A stretch of 64,000 nt of DNA from Candidatus Eiseniibacteriota bacterium (GTDB taxonomy: Bacteria; Eisenbacteria; RBG-16-71-46). The DNA lies in the NCBI GenBank assembly GCA_038231135.1, contig JBBRLX010000003.1:64001-128000 (forward strand). The letters are read 5' to 3'. A program made the position numbers and the translations under genes. The first letter of the stretch is position 1. Every line of letters begins with the position of its first letter. The notes beneath the pieces are model-generated. The model was not told the DNA's origin. It searched no databases and saw only the letters and a list, made by a program, of their open reading frames with translations. Below, one piece after another: positions 8,890-18,664 of this stretch.

Positions 8890-10160
8890 CCACGAACGCA
8901 GGAGGGCAGCGTATGCGCGTTCCTGATGTCCTCGCGATGTCGCTCCAGGCGATTGTCGCCAACAAGCTCCGCTCGGTGCTGACGCTGGTCGGAATCGTCG
9001 CGGGCGTGGCCTCGATCATCGCCGTGATGACCGGGATCTCGATCGTCCAGAGCGCGTTGGAGCGCGAGATGAGCGTGCTGGGAGCGCAGACGTTCCAGGT
9101 TCAGAAGTGGCCCGCCGGCGGGTTCGGCGGCGATGCGGCGCGCCGCAAGGCGATGCGCCGTCCGCCGCTCACGCTCGCGGACGCCCAGGCCGTCCGGGAC
9201 CAGGTCACGTGCGTCGACCTCGTGGGCTCGGAGCTCTGGGACTTCGGCTACGTGGTGTCGTATCACGGCCAGTCGACGAACCCGAACGTCTCCATCTGCG
9301 GCGGCACTCCCGAATACCCGCAGAACAACACCCACTATGTCGGCCTCGGCAGGAACATCTCGCAAATGGACGTCGAGGCCGCGCGCTCCGTCGCGGTCAT
9401 CGGCTACGCGATCGCGCAGAAGCTGTTCCCGTTCACCGACCCGACGGGCAAGGACATCCGCCTCGACGGGCGCAAGTACCAGGTCGTCGGCGTGTTCGAC
9501 GAGAAGAAGTCGGCGTTCGGCGGCAACTTCGACAACTACGTCCTGATCCCGGTGTCGACGTATGTGAACGTCTACGGACTCACCGATCGCGGCGGATTCC
9601 AGCGCTCCGTCAACATCACCGTGCGCGCCAGGACGCCCGGGCAGATCACCGAGGCGATCGAGCAGACCCGCCAGGTGCTGCGGCACGTGCGCGGCCTGAA
9701 ACCCAGGGACGAGGACAACTTCGAATTCTTCAACAGCATGAGCCTGATCACCCAGTTCAACCAGATGAGCATGGGGGTCAAGCTCGGCGCGTTCATCATC
9801 GGCACGATCGCCCTGGTCGTCGCCGGCATCGGCATCATGAACATCATGCTGGTCGCGGTGACCGAGCGCACGCGCGAGATCGGCATCCGCAAGGCGCTCG
9901 GAGCCCGCTCGAAGAGCATCCTGCTGCAGTTCCTGTTCGAAGCGGTGGTGCTGTGCAACATCGGCGGCGTGATCGGCGTGATCGCCGGCTTCGGGCTCGG
10001 CAACCTCGTCACCGTGTTCACCCACTTCGACGCCAAGGTGCCGCTGGAGTGGGCGGTGATCGGCCTGGTGTTCTGCTCGGCCGTCGGCATCGTGTTCGGA
10101 TTCCTGCCGGCGCTGCGCGCGGCGCGGCTGGATCCGATCGAGGCGTTGAGGTACGAGTAA
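8886..10160 (+). CDS. MacB/FtsX-like ABC permease (no ATPase domain)
   Basis: NKLRSVLTLVGI; GIMNIMLVAVTERTREIGIRKALGA; LDPIEALRYE; start may be the downstream ATG. Confidence 0.92.
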   Translation: MTTNAGGQRMRVPDVLAMSLQAIVANKLRSVLTLVGIVAGVASIIAVMTGISIVQSALEREMSVLGAQTFQVQKWPAGGFGGDAARRKAMRRPPLTLADAQAVRDQVTCVDLVGSELWDFGYVVSYHGQSTNPNVSICGGTPEYPQNNTHYVGLGRNISQMDVEAARSVAVIGYAIAQKLFPFTDPTGKDIRLDGRKYQVVGVFDEKKSAFGGNFDNYVLIPVSTYVNVYGLTDRGGFQRSVNITVRARTPGQITEAIEQTRQVLRHVRGLKPRDEDNFEFFNSMSLITQFNQMSMGVKLGAFIIGTIALVVAGIGIMNIMLVAVTERTREIGIRKALGARSKSILLQFLFEAVVLCNIGGVIGVIAGFGLGNLVTVFTHFDAKVPLEWAVIGLVFCSAVGIVFGFLPALRAARLDPIEALRYE

Positions 10161-10245
10161 CGGGGGACGGGAATCCCACGGGGTTCCAGGCCTCACCGAC
10201 GAGTTCGGACCATTCGAAGTCGCCGTAACGCTCCAGGGGGGCCCG

Positions 10246-11040
10246 ATGACCGCCTCGACATTCGACAATTCCGACGCCTACGAGCTCCTGATGGGACGGT
10301 GGAGCCGGCTCCTCGGAGTCGAGTTCGTCCGGTTCGCCGGGATCGACGACGGTGCTCGCGTGCTCGACGTGGGCTGCGGGACGGGGGCGCTCACGCAGTG
10401 CGTCATCGCTGCCCTGCCGCATGCCGAAGTCGTCGGGGTCGATCCCTCGGCTGCATTCGTCGACGCCGCCCGCCGGCGCGTTCCGGATCCGCGCGTTCGT
10501 TTCGAGGTGGGCGACGCGCAGTCACTGCAAGTGCCCGACGGCGCATTCGACTGCACGGCGTCGATGCTCGCCCTCAACTTCGTCCCCGACTACGCCCGGG
10601 CGGCCGGCGAATTCCGGCGCGTCACGCGCAGCGGGGGCCGCGTCGCGGCGTGCGTATGGGACTACGACGCCACGACGATGCTGCGGCGTTTCTGGGACGC
10701 GGTGGCGTCGCTCGACGTCTCGGCCGCGATGCGCCACGAGAGCCGCATGCCGCTGTGCCGGGAGGGCGAGCTCGCGTCGCTTTGGCGGTCTGCCGGACTG
10801 GCCGAAGTGCAGGAGTCGGTGCTCGCCATCGACATGCGGTTCGCCTCGTTCGCCGACTACTGGCAGCCGTTCCTCGCGGGAGTCGGGCCGTCAGGGGCCT
10901 ATGCGGCCTCGCTGGCCCCCGACGGCCGGCGCACCCTGGAGGAGCGGCTGCGCGCGGACCTGTGGAACGACGAGCCGGAGCGTCCCCGCACGTTGTCCGC
11001 GCGGGCGTGGGCCGTTCGCGGGATCGTGCCGCAGCGATAG
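10246..11040 (+). CDS. Class I SAM-dependent methyltransferase
   Basis: YELLMGRWS; VLDVGCGTG; GDAQSL; VTRSGGRVAACVWDY. Confidence 0.9.
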   Translation: MTASTFDNSDAYELLMGRWSRLLGVEFVRFAGIDDGARVLDVGCGTGALTQCVIAALPHAEVVGVDPSAAFVDAARRRVPDPRVRFEVGDAQSLQVPDGAFDCTASMLALNFVPDYARAAGEFRRVTRSGGRVAACVWDYDATTMLRRFWDAVASLDVSAAMRHESRMPLCREGELASLWRSAGLAEVQESVLAIDMRFASFADYWQPFLAGVGPSGAYAASLAPDGRRTLEERLRADLWNDEPERPRTLSARAWAVRGIVPQR

Positions 11041-11116
11041 CGCGCCCAGGATCCCGCGGCGCGGATCCGGTGGTCTCAGAGCCTGGCTCTCTCAGCCCCC
11101 CCGAGGACAGCCGGCG

Positions 11117-11524
11117 TCACTCGTTGTGCTTGTACTTGACGAACTCGGCGTGCACGCGCTTGGACTCCTGATCCGTGGTCACCGCGGTGCCGCTGGCGCT
11201 CCTCCGCCGATGCCGATTCCGCTCGGTCTCGTTGTAGGACGTCGACGAGCCGGTCACGATCCGGTCCAACCCTTCGATGATCACCGCGTCGGCGCCCGCC
11301 TGTTTCGCGCGTTCGATGATCTTCTGCTGCAGCTTCGAGGCGGATACCAACTCGTCGCCGGTGGCGACCAGCTGCCCGATCACGGTGTACTCGTGATGCA
11401 GGTCCTGTTCCCGAAACACCACGTCCACGTTCTGAGTGGGAGGGTAGGACTTGCCCACGTAGTCGAGATGCGCGCATCCCAGGGTCAGCATCACGAGTAC
11501 GAGAACGGCGAACATTCGCTTCAT
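11117..11524 (-). CDS. Small lipoprotein of unknown function
   Basis: MKRMFAVLVLVMLTLG-C lipobox; IIERAKQAGADAVII resembles YbjQ/RcsF-like folds. Confidence 0.7.
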   Translation of the reverse strand: MKRMFAVLVLVMLTLGCAHLDYVGKSYPPTQNVDVVFREQDLHHEYTVIGQLVATGDELVSASKLQQKIIERAKQAGADAVIIEGLDRIVTGSSTSYNETERNRHRRRSASGTAVTTDQESKRVHAEFVKYKHNE

Positions 11525-11760
11525 GGTGAAAACCTCACTTGCGAGGGGTTGGAATGGGGCGGAGGCGCCGCGGAGCGCAGGGACCGCTCCACCGCGGCGC
11601 TGGATCGGGTCAGATGAACCAGGTGATGCGCCGGGCCCCAATGCTCCGGATCGCCCGCAAACACCACCCGGTCGGACAGGCCCGAGAAGTACTCCGCGAT
11701 GGATTGGGCGTTCGACTCCAGGGCCTCGATGATCTCGAGCCGGGTAACGGGATGCGGCAT
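11521..11760 (-). pseudogene. Probable truncated DinB-like protein
   Basis: EIIEALE..YFSGLSD..HWGPAHHLVHL resembles a DinB N-terminus; only 79 codons. Confidence 0.45.
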
Positions 11761-12049
11761 GGTGTGGAATCTAACACCGTGCGAGGGTTCGCCGCCGGGC
11801 GCCCTCGCCCACCCACAGCGTAGGCAAAGCATTACACTTTTTACGGCAGGCATCCCCGGCACGGACGCCGGTGGGTGTGCCGAACCCCGATTCGTTCGGC
11901 GGCGGCCCATCGCGCCTGCGGTCCAGGAGCGGCCAGTTCGCCCCTAGGAGCGCCGGGTGAATCCACCCGGACGGCTCCTGTCCGGCGGTTGCCACCACCC
12001 AACCCCAGGTTGTTGCTGTCATGTTGCCAAGCATTTAGGGCCTAAGTCC

Positions 12050-12079
12050 TTGACCCTTGCACGAACGGTTTCGTAAGAT
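12050..12079 (+). promoter_or_regulatory. Putative sigma70 promoter upstream of the CapD-like gene
   Basis: TTGACC-N18-TAAGAT in AT-richer intergenic DNA. Confidence 0.5.
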
Positions 12080-12284
12080 GCCGTGCTTCGGGTTTGATCG
12101 GTTAAGCCCCGTCATTCCCCAGCAAAGGACGTCATTCCGCACGCAGGATTTGGCCTGCCGGCGGCTCATTTCAAAAATCTGCAAATGGCCCGGGTCCCGG
12201 GCATGAGTCTCGCTGGGTAACTGCCGATACCTGCACTGTCTTCGAAGATCGGAGCGGCCTGTCCACCAGGCGGTTCCGTAAGGA

Positions 12285-14933
12285 ATGGAGTCCGCGCATC
12301 CTGGCGGGCAACGGCCGCGCCTCGATGTGAACGAATGGAGCCATGGGTTGCGTAAGACACCTCGCGTATTGCTTCTGACCCTCGGTTACGCCGCCACCGT
12401 CCAGGTTTCCTACCTGGCGGCATTGCTGCTGCGCTTCGAAGGTCAGATCCCGGCCAAGTACTGGCACGGTTACCTCGATATCTGGCTCATCTTAACGGCA
12501 CTGTCGCTGGCGTCGTTCTTCGTCGCCGGTCTGTATCACGGGGTGTGGCGCTACGCGAGCACGGTGACGCTGTTCCAGGTGTTCAAGGGCGTCACGCTGT
12601 CGGCCGCAGCACTCGCGCTGATCACCCTGTTCACGCCCGAGCCTCCATTCCCGCGCAGCATCATCGTCGTGGTGTGGCTGCTCGAGCTCGTGCTGCTCGG
12701 CGGCATGCGGTTCGCGTGGCGGCTGTCGCGCGAACGGGTGCTGGGACCCGAGCCGCTGCGCACGCTGCGCGCGATCGTGGTCGGCGCCGATCACGCGGGC
12801 GTGCACCTGATCCAGGAGATGCGCCGCGGCGACGCCTCGGGCGAACGGCTCACGCCCATCGGGTTCATCGACGACGAGTCGCGCCTCACCGGCAGCATGA
12901 TCGAGGGCGTGCGCGTGCTCGGCACCATCGCCGATCTGCCGAGCATCATCTCGGACCGCCACATCGAGATCGTCGTGATCTCCGATCCCGACATGCCGGG
13001 CAAGGTGGTGCGCGAGATCGCGAGCTTCTGCGCCGAGGCCAACGTCGGCGTCAAGACGCTGCCGGGACTGTCGGACCTCCAGAGCGGCAAGACCGCGCTG
13101 TCGCAGATCCGCGACGTGCGGATCGAGGACCTGCTCGGCCGCGAGCCGATCCAGCTCGACATGAACGAAGTCGGCGCGTTCCTGCGCGGCCAGCGGGTGC
13201 TCGTCACCGGCGCCGGCGGCTCGATCGGTGCCGAGCTGGCGCGCCAGGCCGCTGCGATCGGACCCTCCGAGCTGGTGCTGCTCGACCACGCCGAGAACGG
13301 TCTCTACTACGTGCAGCACGAGATCGCGGCGACGCATCCGGACCTGCCGCTGCGCGCGATCGTCGCCGATATCAAGGATTTCGAGGGCATCGAGCTGGCG
13401 TTCCAGCGCCACCGCCCGCAGGTGGTGTTCCACGCGGCGGCGCACAAGCACGTGCCACTGCTCGAGACCTCGCCGCGCGAGGCGGTGCTCAACAACATCG
13501 TGGGCACCCGCACGCTGGTCGACGCGGCCGAGCGGGCCGGCGTCAACAAGTTCGTGCTGATCTCGACCGACAAGGCCGTGAACCCGAGCAGCGTGATGGG
13601 CGCCTCGAAGCGCGTGTGCGAGATGATATTGCAGGCCCGGTCGCAGAAGAGCCGCACGCGCTTCATCGCGGTGCGATTCGGCAACGTGCTCGGCAGCGCG
13701 GGTTCGGTGATTCCGCTGTTCCAGCAGCAGATCCGCCGCGGCGGCCCGATCACGGTCACGCATCCCGAGACGCGCCGCTACTTCATGACGATTCCCGAAG
13801 CGGTACGACTGGTGATCCAGGCGGGCGCGATGGGCAAGGGCGGCGAAGTGCTGCTGCTCGACATGGGCGAGCAGGTGCGCATCGTGGACCTCGCGCGCCA
13901 GCTCATCCGGCTGTCCGGATTGCGCGAAGGCGACGACATCGAGATCGTCTATACCGGTCTGAGGCCGGGAGAGAAGCTGTTCGAGGAGCTGCACTCCGAC
14001 GCCGAGCGCATGCGCATGACCCGCCACGAGCGCATCCTGGTGTGGGATCTCGACGCCCGCGAGGAGGATGCGCTGCGCCGCGAGATCGGTGAGCTCGAGG
14101 AGGTCGCCCGGCGCGGCGAGCCGGTCGAGGTCAAGGACTGGCTGCACCGGATCGTGCCCGAATACCTGGAGCCGACCCACGAAGCGTACGAGCCCACGCC
14201 CGAGACGCCGGTCGTCGCGCTGCCCGCGGCCGTCGTGCCGCTGCGTTCGGCGCCCGAACGCACCACGTGGACCGACAGCCTGCGCACCGTGCTCGAAGGT
14301 GCGTTCGCGCTCGGCATGCTCGCGGTGTCGTCGCCGCTGTGGGCCCTGATGTGGCTCGAGTCCCGGCGGTTCGGGCAGGACGGCTTCCTGGTGCACGAGA
14401 CGCGCATGGGCAAGACGCGCCGGGTCGCACAGCGCCGGACGTTGCGCGACAAGGCGCAGATCGACCGGCGCAGCATCGAGCGGCGCACCCAGGACCTGAT
14501 GGGCGAGCCGATCCACTGCGCCCGGTTCCGCTCGGACCTCGGTCCGGTGAGCCGCTGGGTCTACCGCCATCGCCTGATCACGCTGCCGTACCTGATCAAC
14601 GTGATCCGTGGCGAGATGGCGCTGGTGGGACCGCGCCCCGAGCGCGAGGATCTGGTGCTGCGCTGGCGTGGTTCGATCGTGGAATACGAGCGCCGGTTCT
14701 GCGTGCTGCCGGGCGTCACCGGGCTCGCGCAGGTGTCCGGCTGCGGCGACGGCGATCTCGAGACCGTGAAGCGCCGCACGCAGTACGACCTCTACTACGT
14801 CGAGCACCACTCGCTGCTGCTCGACCTGCGCACGCTGTACCGCACGCTGTCGGTGCTCACCGGCCCCGCGCGTCCCGATCCCATGGCAGTGCCGCAAGAG
14901 GTGGAATCGGCGGCCGCCGGCGCGATGCGCTGA
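12285..14933 (+). CDS. CapD/PglF-type UDP-GlcNAc 4,6-dehydratase fused to a C-terminal phosphoglycosyl (bacterial sugar) transferase-like domain
   Basis: 4 TM; CoA-binding-like domain; GAGGSIG, HAAAHKHVP, STDKAVNP, MGASK, RFGNVLGS; C-terminal NVIRGEMALVGPRPE, PGVTGLAQV, DLYYV. Confidence 0.92.
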   Translation: MESAHPGGQRPRLDVNEWSHGLRKTPRVLLLTLGYAATVQVSYLAALLLRFEGQIPAKYWHGYLDIWLILTALSLASFFVAGLYHGVWRYASTVTLFQVFKGVTLSAAALALITLFTPEPPFPRSIIVVVWLLELVLLGGMRFAWRLSRERVLGPEPLRTLRAIVVGADHAGVHLIQEMRRGDASGERLTPIGFIDDESRLTGSMIEGVRVLGTIADLPSIISDRHIEIVVISDPDMPGKVVREIASFCAEANVGVKTLPGLSDLQSGKTALSQIRDVRIEDLLGREPIQLDMNEVGAFLRGQRVLVTGAGGSIGAELARQAAAIGPSELVLLDHAENGLYYVQHEIAATHPDLPLRAIVADIKDFEGIELAFQRHRPQVVFHAAAHKHVPLLETSPREAVLNNIVGTRTLVDAAERAGVNKFVLISTDKAVNPSSVMGASKRVCEMILQARSQKSRTRFIAVRFGNVLGSAGSVIPLFQQQIRRGGPITVTHPETRRYFMTIPEAVRLVIQAGAMGKGGEVLLLDMGEQVRIVDLARQLIRLSGLREGDDIEIVYTGLRPGEKLFEELHSDAERMRMTRHERILVWDLDAREEDALRREIGELEEVARRGEPVEVKDWLHRIVPEYLEPTHEAYEPTPETPVVALPAAVVPLRSAPERTTWTDSLRTVLEGAFALGMLAVSSPLWALMWLESRRFGQDGFLVHETRMGKTRRVAQRRTLRDKAQIDRRSIERRTQDLMGEPIHCARFRSDLGPVSRWVYRHRLITLPYLINVIRGEMALVGPRPEREDLVLRWRGSIVEYERRFCVLPGVTGLAQVSGCGDGDLETVKRRTQYDLYYVEHHSLLLDLRTLYRTLSVLTGPARPDPMAVPQEVESAAAGAMR

Positions 14934-15227
14934 CCGCGGCACACGGATACGGCGATGATTCGGCGGGCGGGCTTCACGCCCGCCCGTCGCGTTTCATGTA
15001 CGCCCTGGCGCCGGCGCGACGTCGCCGGGCTCGAGATCCCGCTCAACCGCGGCCGCCAACGGGCCGATTCCTCCCGGGATGACCCCATTCGCCGGAGTGC
15101 AGCCGAGCGTGACGCGTCCGCTCCCGTCAGGGCCCCGCCCTGCCACGCTGCGGGCCCGCCCGCCCGCCGTGTGCCGTGTGGCGCGCGCAGGCGATTGGTT
15201 GGCACAGCAGGCCGGGAGAACGCGCTG

Positions 15228-16415
15228 ATGCGCGTGCTCCACGTCACCGACACGCTGCGGCGCTCGGGGGTCACCGCGCGCATCCTGGAGCAGATCCGGC
15301 ACGCCGGTCCGGGCGTGCAGAATTCGGTGTGCGCGCTCGCGGCCGCCGGGTCCGCGGCCGCGTCGCTCGAGGCCGCGGGCGCGACACTATGGCTGCCCGC
15401 CGCCGGCCGGGAGTGGTTCGACAGCCCGCTGGTCCAGGCGATGAAGCTCGTGGGGCTGCTCAGGCGGGAGCGGATCTCGGTGGTGCACGCACACGGCACG
15501 GGACCGGCGCTGGTGGCGACACTGGCGGCGGTGCGCGCGCGCGTGCCGGTCATTCTGCGCACCGAGCATGAGCCCGATCATCCCGACCGGCTGGGGGCGT
15601 TCCCGCCGCTGTTCGAATCGCTCGCCACGCGCTTCACGTCGAAGGTGCTGTGCACCTGCGAGGCGGTGCGGCTGTCGCATGCGGTGCGGATGCCGTGGGC
15701 CGGGGACCGGTTCGTCACCGTGCATGGCGGCGTGTCCGCGCCCGCGGTCGTCCGGCCGCGCGCCGCGGTGCGTGCCGAGCTCGGGTTGCTCGACAGCGAT
15801 CGCATGGTGCTGTGGGCCGGCAGCCTCGAGCCGTGGTCGGCGCCGCAGGTGCTGGTCGAGGCGTTCCGGCGGCTGTCGCGGCGCATGAGCGGCGTGCAGC
15901 TGATGATCGCGGGCGAGGGCAGCCGGCGGGCGGCTCTCGAACACGACATCGCCGAGATGGGACTCGCGGAGCACGTGCGGTTCCTCGGCGACCGCGAGGA
16001 CGTGGCGGACCTGATGGAGGCCGCCGACGTGTTCGCGCTCACGGCGCTCCGGGCCGGCCAGCCGGTGGCGCTGCTCGAGGCGATGCGGTCCGGGTGCCCG
16101 GTGGTGGCGACGCGCGTGGGTGGCGTGCCCGAGACGGTGGTGGACGGCGAAACCGGCTGGATCGTGCCGCCACTCGAGCCGGCGGCGACCGCGGACGCGG
16201 TGCTGAACGTGCTGCTCGACCGCGGCCGCGCCCGCGCGTTCTCCGCCGCGGCCCGGGATCGCTGGTCACGCGGCTTCACCGGCGAACGGATGGTGTCGGA
16301 CATCGAGCACCTGATGCGCGCGGAACTCGCGAGTGCCCGGGAGCAGGGCGCCCGCCGCGCCCGCGAGGACGCCGCCGCCTGGTCCGACGCCCCGGAACAC
16401 ACGACGCGAGTCTGA
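15228..16415 (+). CDS. GT4-family (GT-B) glycosyltransferase-like protein
   Basis: MRVLHV; VVHAHG; FLGDREDV; LLEAMRSGCPVVATRVGGVPE; GGAG RBS. Confidence 0.88.
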   Translation: MRVLHVTDTLRRSGVTARILEQIRHAGPGVQNSVCALAAAGSAAASLEAAGATLWLPAAGREWFDSPLVQAMKLVGLLRRERISVVHAHGTGPALVATLAAVRARVPVILRTEHEPDHPDRLGAFPPLFESLATRFTSKVLCTCEAVRLSHAVRMPWAGDRFVTVHGGVSAPAVVRPRAAVRAELGLLDSDRMVLWAGSLEPWSAPQVLVEAFRRLSRRMSGVQLMIAGEGSRRAALEHDIAEMGLAEHVRFLGDREDVADLMEAADVFALTALRAGQPVALLEAMRSGCPVVATRVGGVPETVVDGETGWIVPPLEPAATADAVLNVLLDRGRARAFSAAARDRWSRGFTGERMVSDIEHLMRAELASAREQGARRAREDAAAWSDAPEHTTRV

Positions 16416-16498
16416 CGGGCCGTCACGACCGCGCCACCGCGCCGTGAGGCCGAGCCGGGCGGCTTGAAAAGCGGGGCCGTTCGCTGCAGGCTGCGCGA

Positions 16499-18664
16499 GT
16501 GGACCTCTCCTCATCCCCCATCCAGACCAGCATCGTACTCGCGAGCGCCCTGCTCGCGGGCGTGGTCGGCCTGCTCGCGACGCTCCGCCGCGGGCACTGG
16601 CTCACGACGCTCATATTCTCCTCGGCGTTCCTGTCGATGGCCGCCTTCCAGGCGGGCACGCTCGGCATCCTGAACGCGGAAACCGCCGGCGCCGCGCGCA
16701 TCTGGGCGATCTACCTGGCGCGCACCTCGGCGCTCGCGTCGTGGCTGTGGCTGTGCCTGAGCGTGGTGCTCGCGCGGTCCGATCCGTGGGCCCAGATCCG
16801 CAACGCGGCGGCCTATCTGGCGCTCGGCCTCGCCGGCTGCGTGGGCATGAGTCTGGCCGCGAATTCGACCTACGTGGTGCAGTCGGTCGAGGGGCTCGGC
16901 GGCGGGGCGACCATCGTGCTGGGCACCATGGGCAAGATCTACCTCACCTACCTCGTGGTGCTGCTGGTCGCGGTGCTGATGAACCTCGAGCGCATGCTGC
17001 GGGCGGCGCCCGCGACGTCGCAGCGCCGGCTGCGGCCGATGTTCGTGGCGTTCCTGGTCGGCATCCTGGCGAACCTGCTCGTGATCTCGGGCGGGCTGCT
17101 GTACAACGGGCTGCGAGTCACGTGGCTCGTGGCGTGCGCGGCGCCGATGTTCGTCGCCGGCGTGGTGGTGGCGCTCGCGCTCGCCCGCCAGCGGCTGTCG
17201 GACCTCAGCGTGCCGATGGCGCGGCCGGTGATCTACTACTCGTCGGTGTCGCTCACGCTGGCCGGCGCGTTCCTGCTCACGATGGCCGTGCTGTCGCGCA
17301 TCCTGCCGGTGCTGTCCCCGGAATGGAAGCGCGTGGTGAGCCTCGGCTTCTACCTGCTCGCGGGCGGCGGCGGGCTGCTCCTCACGTTCAGCCCGCGCTC
17401 GAACCGCTCGGTGAAACGGTTCATTGACCGGAACTTCTACGCCAACCGCTACGACTACCGGCGCGAGTGGGAGCGGGTGAGCAACTCGATCGCGCCCACG
17501 GCGCGCCCCGAGGACATCTGCCGCCAGGTCGAGCTGCTGGTGAGGCTGGTGTTCGATTCCGGCCGTGTCGCCGTGTACGTGCGCGACGACGACGAGCGCG
17601 GCGCGTTTCGCCGACTGCATGGCCCGGGGGGGATGCCGCACGAGATCGAGCCCGGGAATCCGCTGGTGCAGCACCTCCAGCAGACGCTCGAGCCGCTGAT
17701 GTTCCGCGACGTGGCGAACGACCTCGATCTGGTGCCGATCGGCGCCGAGAACCGCGAGGCGCTGCTGGCGCTGGACGCCGCCGTGGTCGCGCCGCTCGCG
17801 ATCGGGGAGCACCTGCTGGGGCTGCTGTGGCTGTCCGGCAAGCGCAGCGACGAGGACTACTCCACCGAGGATGTGGACTTCCTCGCCACCATGGCGCGCC
17901 AGCTCGCGGCCGCGCTGGGGTTCGCCCGCCAGGCCTCGGTGCTGGCCGAGAAGCGCCAGTTCGAATCGCTCGACCGGCTGTCGACCCACGTGCTCCACGA
18001 CATCAAGAACCACATCTCGGGGCTGTCGCTGGTGGTGGAGAACGCCCGGCGCCACATGGGCAATCCCGAGTTCCAGCGCGACGCGCTCGCGGTCGTGGAA
18101 CGCACGGTGTCCAATCTGCGGGAGCTGATGAGCCAGGTGGCGAGCGTGGCGCGAGTGCCCGAGATCCGCCTCGAACCCACGGCGGTCCCGGCGCTGCTGG
18201 AGGACGCCGCCGTCACGGCCGGCCTCGTGGTGGCCGAGCGCGACGGGATCGTGTTCCGCATGAGCTGCACGGTGGACCGTCCGGTGCGGCTCGATCGCGG
18301 GCAGATGCTGCGGGTGGTGTCGAACCTGCTCACGAATGCCCGCGAAGCGCTCGACCCCGCGGGCACGATCGAGCTGGACGCCGGCCTCGAGGCGGACGGC
18401 GCGCGCGGTCCCGACACGTTGCGCATCCAGGTGCGTGACACCGGTCGCGGAATGAGCGAGGATTTCGTCCGAACCTCGCTGTTCCGCCCGTTCGCCACCA
18501 CCAAGGCCAGCGGCCTCGGAATCGGCCTCGTGCAGTGCAAGAGCATCGTCGAGGCGCACGGTGGCGGCATCGCCGTCGAGAGCCGTCCGAGTCAGGGCAC
18601 CACATTCACCATCCGGGTGCCGGCCGATGCCCGTGCGCCGGCCGGGCCGGGAGACCACGAATGA
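16499..18664 (+). CDS. prsK: PrsK-like sensor histidine kinase (PEP-CTERM/XrtA system type)
   Basis: Multi-TM N-terminus; NFYANRYDYRREW signature; GAF domain; HDIKN; NLLTNA, DTGRGM, GLGIGL. Confidence 0.85.
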   Translation: MDLSSSPIQTSIVLASALLAGVVGLLATLRRGHWLTTLIFSSAFLSMAAFQAGTLGILNAETAGAARIWAIYLARTSALASWLWLCLSVVLARSDPWAQIRNAAAYLALGLAGCVGMSLAANSTYVVQSVEGLGGGATIVLGTMGKIYLTYLVVLLVAVLMNLERMLRAAPATSQRRLRPMFVAFLVGILANLLVISGGLLYNGLRVTWLVACAAPMFVAGVVVALALARQRLSDLSVPMARPVIYYSSVSLTLAGAFLLTMAVLSRILPVLSPEWKRVVSLGFYLLAGGGGLLLTFSPRSNRSVKRFIDRNFYANRYDYRREWERVSNSIAPTARPEDICRQVELLVRLVFDSGRVAVYVRDDDERGAFRRLHGPGGMPHEIEPGNPLVQHLQQTLEPLMFRDVANDLDLVPIGAENREALLALDAAVVAPLAIGEHLLGLLWLSGKRSDEDYSTEDVDFLATMARQLAAALGFARQASVLAEKRQFESLDRLSTHVLHDIKNHISGLSLVVENARRHMGNPEFQRDALAVVERTVSNLRELMSQVASVARVPEIRLEPTAVPALLEDAAVTAGLVVAERDGIVFRMSCTVDRPVRLDRGQMLRVVSNLLTNAREALDPAGTIELDAGLEADGARGPDTLRIQVRDTGRGMSEDFVRTSLFRPFATTKASGLGIGLVQCKSIVEAHGGGIAVESRPSQGTTFTIRVPADARAPAGPGDHE

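Noticed and set aside
12198..12214. CGGGCATGAGTCTCGCT as a sigma54 promoter for the CapD-like gene
   Set aside because: Spacing fits but several mismatches make it likely by chance in GC-rich DNA, and a better sigma70-like site lies upstream.
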